A DNA stretch of 64,000 nucleotides from Camelus ferus (Eukaryota). The stretch's first letter is position 1; every line of letters begins with the position of its first letter. Below are positions 61,198-64,000 of the stretch, piece after piece. The stretch covers positions 113,214,001-113,278,000 of the forward strand of contig NC_045696.1 in the NCBI RefSeq assembly GCF_009834535.1. Direction: 5' to 3'. The translations under genes and the position numbers were made by a program. The notes under the pieces were generated by a model. It saw only the letters and a list, made by a program, of their open reading frames with translations, was not told the DNA's origin and ran no database searches.

Positions 61198-61967
61198 TTT
61201 TTTCATTGAAATGTAGTTGATTTACAGTGTTGGTTTCAGGTATACTACAAAGCAATTCAGTTATATATACACATATTTTTTTTCTTTTCAGATTCTTTTC
61301 CATTATAAGTTATTACAAGACATGGAGGGGAGGGTATAGCTCAGTGGTAAAGCACATGCTTAGCGTGCATGAGGTCCTGGGTTCAATTGCCAGTACCTCT
61401 GTTAAATAAAAGAAAATAATAAATAAGTAAACATAACTACCTCCTCCACAAAAAATAAATAAATAAATAAAATGAAATGAAATCTCCATTAGAAAAGAAA
61501 GAAATTGAATATAGTTCCCCGTGCTACGCAGTAGATCCTTGTTGTTTATCTATCTTATGTACGGTAATGTGTGTCTGTTAATCTCCAACCTTTAACTCAC
61601 CCCTCCCCCACCTTTTCCCCTTTGGTGACTGTAGTTTGTTTTCCATGTCCATAAGTCTGTTTTTGGTTTATAAAAAGAATCTGTATCATTTTTTATTCCA
61701 CATATAAGTGTTATATTATATGATATCTATCTTTTTCTGACTTATTTCACTCTATAATAATCTCTAGGTCCATCCATATTGCTGCAAATGGCATTATTTC
61801 ATTTTTTATGGCTGAGTAGTATTCCATTGTATAAATATACCACAGCTTCTTTATCCAGTCATCTATCAATGGACATTTAGGTGCTTCCATGTCTTGGCTA
61901 TTGTAAATAGTGCTGCTATGAACATTGGGGTGCATGTGTCTTTTCAAATTAGAATCTTCTCCAGATA
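61198..61967 (-). mobile_element. L1 3' end with nested SINE
   Basis: Antisense L1 3' UTR and ORF2 end (KCPLIDDWIKKLWYIYTMEYYSAIK). TSD ttaccattaaattatta / ttaccattatattatta. Confidence 0.92.
61324..61500 (+). mobile_element. Vic-1-like SINE nested in L1, opposite orientation
   Basis: ggggagggtatagctcagtggt...gggttcaat... interrupts the L1 sequence ttattacaaga...attgaatatagttccc. Confidence 0.92.
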
Positions 61968-62129
61968 TTACCATTATATTATTATAACACAAAAGAGCAA
62001 GAGAATTCCAGGCACCCTAAGGAAGAAATCTCAAACCATGGAGGAGACACTGGTCTACACTGAGGGCAAGGTGCAGGGCAGTGGGACCCACCGAGATGGG
62101 AGTGGTGGGTCTTAGCACATACCTAGTTT

Positions 62130-62320
62130 TCAGCCTTAGGTCAAATTCTGCCACAAATTGCCACTTACCTGCCATTGAACCTTGAGCAAGTCACTTACCC
62201 TGCCTGAGCCTGTTTCTTCATCTACAAAACGGGGGACCCTCTCTCACAGAATTGTAGAAAGAAATAAGCTCTTAGATGATTTCATAGGACACGGTGAGTG
62301 CTCAATAAATAAGTTATTTT
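62130..62320 (+). mobile_element. MIR
   Basis: ccttgagcaagtcacttaccctgcctgagcctgtttcttcatctacaaaa...gtgagtgctcaataaat. Confidence 0.8.
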
Positions 62321-63090
62321 CTCATAATGAAGCTTGGAAACCTGGAGCAGATAAGGTACTAGAGCTGCAGAACGCCCATGTCAGAATAATCACTAAGTCG
62401 ATACTGGCAGGACTGAAGTCTCCAAAGCCGGGAATATAATGGATGCAGTGGGAGCAGACCCGGCAGCCAAATCCCGTGATGCTCCCAACAGGTAGTTTTC
62501 ATCCAAAATCAGGTACAACATGAGTTAGTTAACTTACTGACCTTGCGTTGAAGTTGAACACGTGTTATTGGGAGAGTCAGCCTTACAGAGACAGCATAGG
62601 GGACCAATGGAATTCGAAGTCCTTCCCTTCTCCCACGGGCTGCCCTGAATGCCTACAATTTCATCATGGCCCTTTCTCTGTGGTCTTTCAAAATGCAAAC
62701 CTCCTGGCTGGGTCTCTGACCAAGTCACTAGCATCTCCAAGTGGAGAACTGGGTCAGATTCCTTTCCTCTTTGACAAGATCCAGTAAAGGCTATGGAAGA
62801 AGTGGAAGCGGAAGGAGGCCAGGAAAGAGGTAAGCATCACAGGGAAATGGAGAAGCGAGAGAGAAAATAAAGAGCGAGACTCCCACGTAGCATTGTGCAG
62901 GTTGTCAGGTTGTGCACTGAGCAATAGGCATGACGTTCCCCTCAGACACGGTGCCTTGAAAACTAACATCACCTACCTCACTGCTTGCCAGGAGCTAACC
63001 TGGAACACAGGATAAAAATACAAAGTTCCACTCAAATTTAGACAAATGCTTGAATGGCATATTGATGGTTGTCTATCAAGATATTCCAAG

Positions 63091-63308
63091 ACAGATAACA
63101 CTGTTTTGTATGATGTAAGTCTGCTGAGAGAGTAAAACTTAAATGTTCTCACACACACAAAAAAATGTATGTATATATATATAGTGATGGATGTGCTAAT
63201 TAACTACATTTCACTATGTATAAATATATTAAAGCATCACAATGTATGCTTTAAATAAATATCTTGCAATTTTGTTTGTCAGTTATACCCCAATAAAGCT
63301 GAAAAAAA
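63091..63308 (+). mobile_element. Older L1 (L1M-type) 3' end with TSD
   Basis: gctgagagagtaaaacttaaatgttctcacac...tgatggatgtgctaattaac...tataccccaataaagctgaaaaaa; TSD aagatattccaa / aagacattccaa. Confidence 0.85.
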
Positions 63309-64000
63309 AAGACATTCCAATAATCCTGATGTTACACAGCTGGCCTGCTGTGTCAAGTCTTAGGGATGGTGCCCAGCACATAGTGGACACCTAGGGAATG
63401 TTTAGAACAGAAGTCTATGATTGGCTTCTGCCTCTAAACTTTCCCGCTATTTAACCTGGGACAAATCACTAACTCTCTCCAACAAATACCGTAATCAGAG
63501 ATTAGGTGGCCACAAAGAAGCCAAGGACATCCGCCAAGGCACCACTTTAAAGTAGCTCTTCAATACGATACCCGTATTTCCCCCTGCGCGGAAAATACAC
63601 TGAATCAGTACTGGCCCCAAAAACCTATGATCGTCATAAAAACAGAGCACCAGCTCCAGGATAAATTGGGAAATCAGTCGCCTTATGCTGCCTCCTTCAG
63701 TGTCTGGACCAGCTCCCCCAGGAACGGAGTCTCCAGGCTGTTCTCAGTTCTCAGAAAGTCTAGGCTTCGTCCCCCGTCAGCTTCTGAAAATGTTCTCACA
63801 TGCCATAATAAACGTATTCCCCCGAAGGTGTTGGTGATGAGTACCACCTTCTGTCCTTACCTCTGCAGGGCAGAGGCTTTGGGTTTTGAAAACCCCAGAG
63901 ATGCAGAGACCCCACGCCAGGCACATGTCTGGCAGTGGCATTGCAGACGGACCAGCAGGTCTCCCGGGGGCCACTTCACCTGCCCTTGTCACTTGTATTG

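Noticed and set aside
54321..64000. TRbeta2-specific first exon or the next shared exon (GYIPSYLDKDE...)
   Set aside because: No matching peptide in the ORF track or by eye; probably beyond the window end.
1..64000. CRISPR arrays, operons or other prokaryotic/viral systems
   Set aside because: The sequence is mammalian intronic DNA with no regularly spaced repeats or dense coding regions.

Overview
Mammalian genomic DNA, almost certainly camelid (camel/alpaca/llama): it carries about ten copies of a tRNA-Ala-derived SINE resembling Vic-1. The window appears to lie inside the thyroid hormone receptor beta gene (THRB) on the + strand. Two TRbeta1 coding exons are recognisable: a 64-nt exon at 23854-23917 (5' UTR plus MTPNSMT-E), and the A/B-domain exon at 54059-54320 ([11 protein letters not shown]...AQTFQT/EEKKCKG), about 30 kb downstream. 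The rest is intronic, with dense L1, L2, MIR, MER5/MER20, LTR and microsatellite content. There are no prokaryotic systems or CRISPR arrays, and nearly all ORFs in the supplied track are spurious. Main points: (1) the A/B exon is 262 nt, not a multiple of 3, with a +1 base near 54300 giving a premature TAA. This is either an assembly indel (more likely) or a TRbeta1-specific frameshift allele. (2) The same exon and several short intronic patches look shifted from AT to GC, suggesting GC-biased gene conversion. (3) Two uORFs abut the TRbeta1 start codon. (4) There are several unusual retrotransposition or repair products: a 33-bp templated copy in an L1 tail, a 5'-inverted L1, and a TSD-flanked chimeric L1. 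Gene and repeat identities come from recalled sequences, not database searches, and repeat boundaries are approximate.
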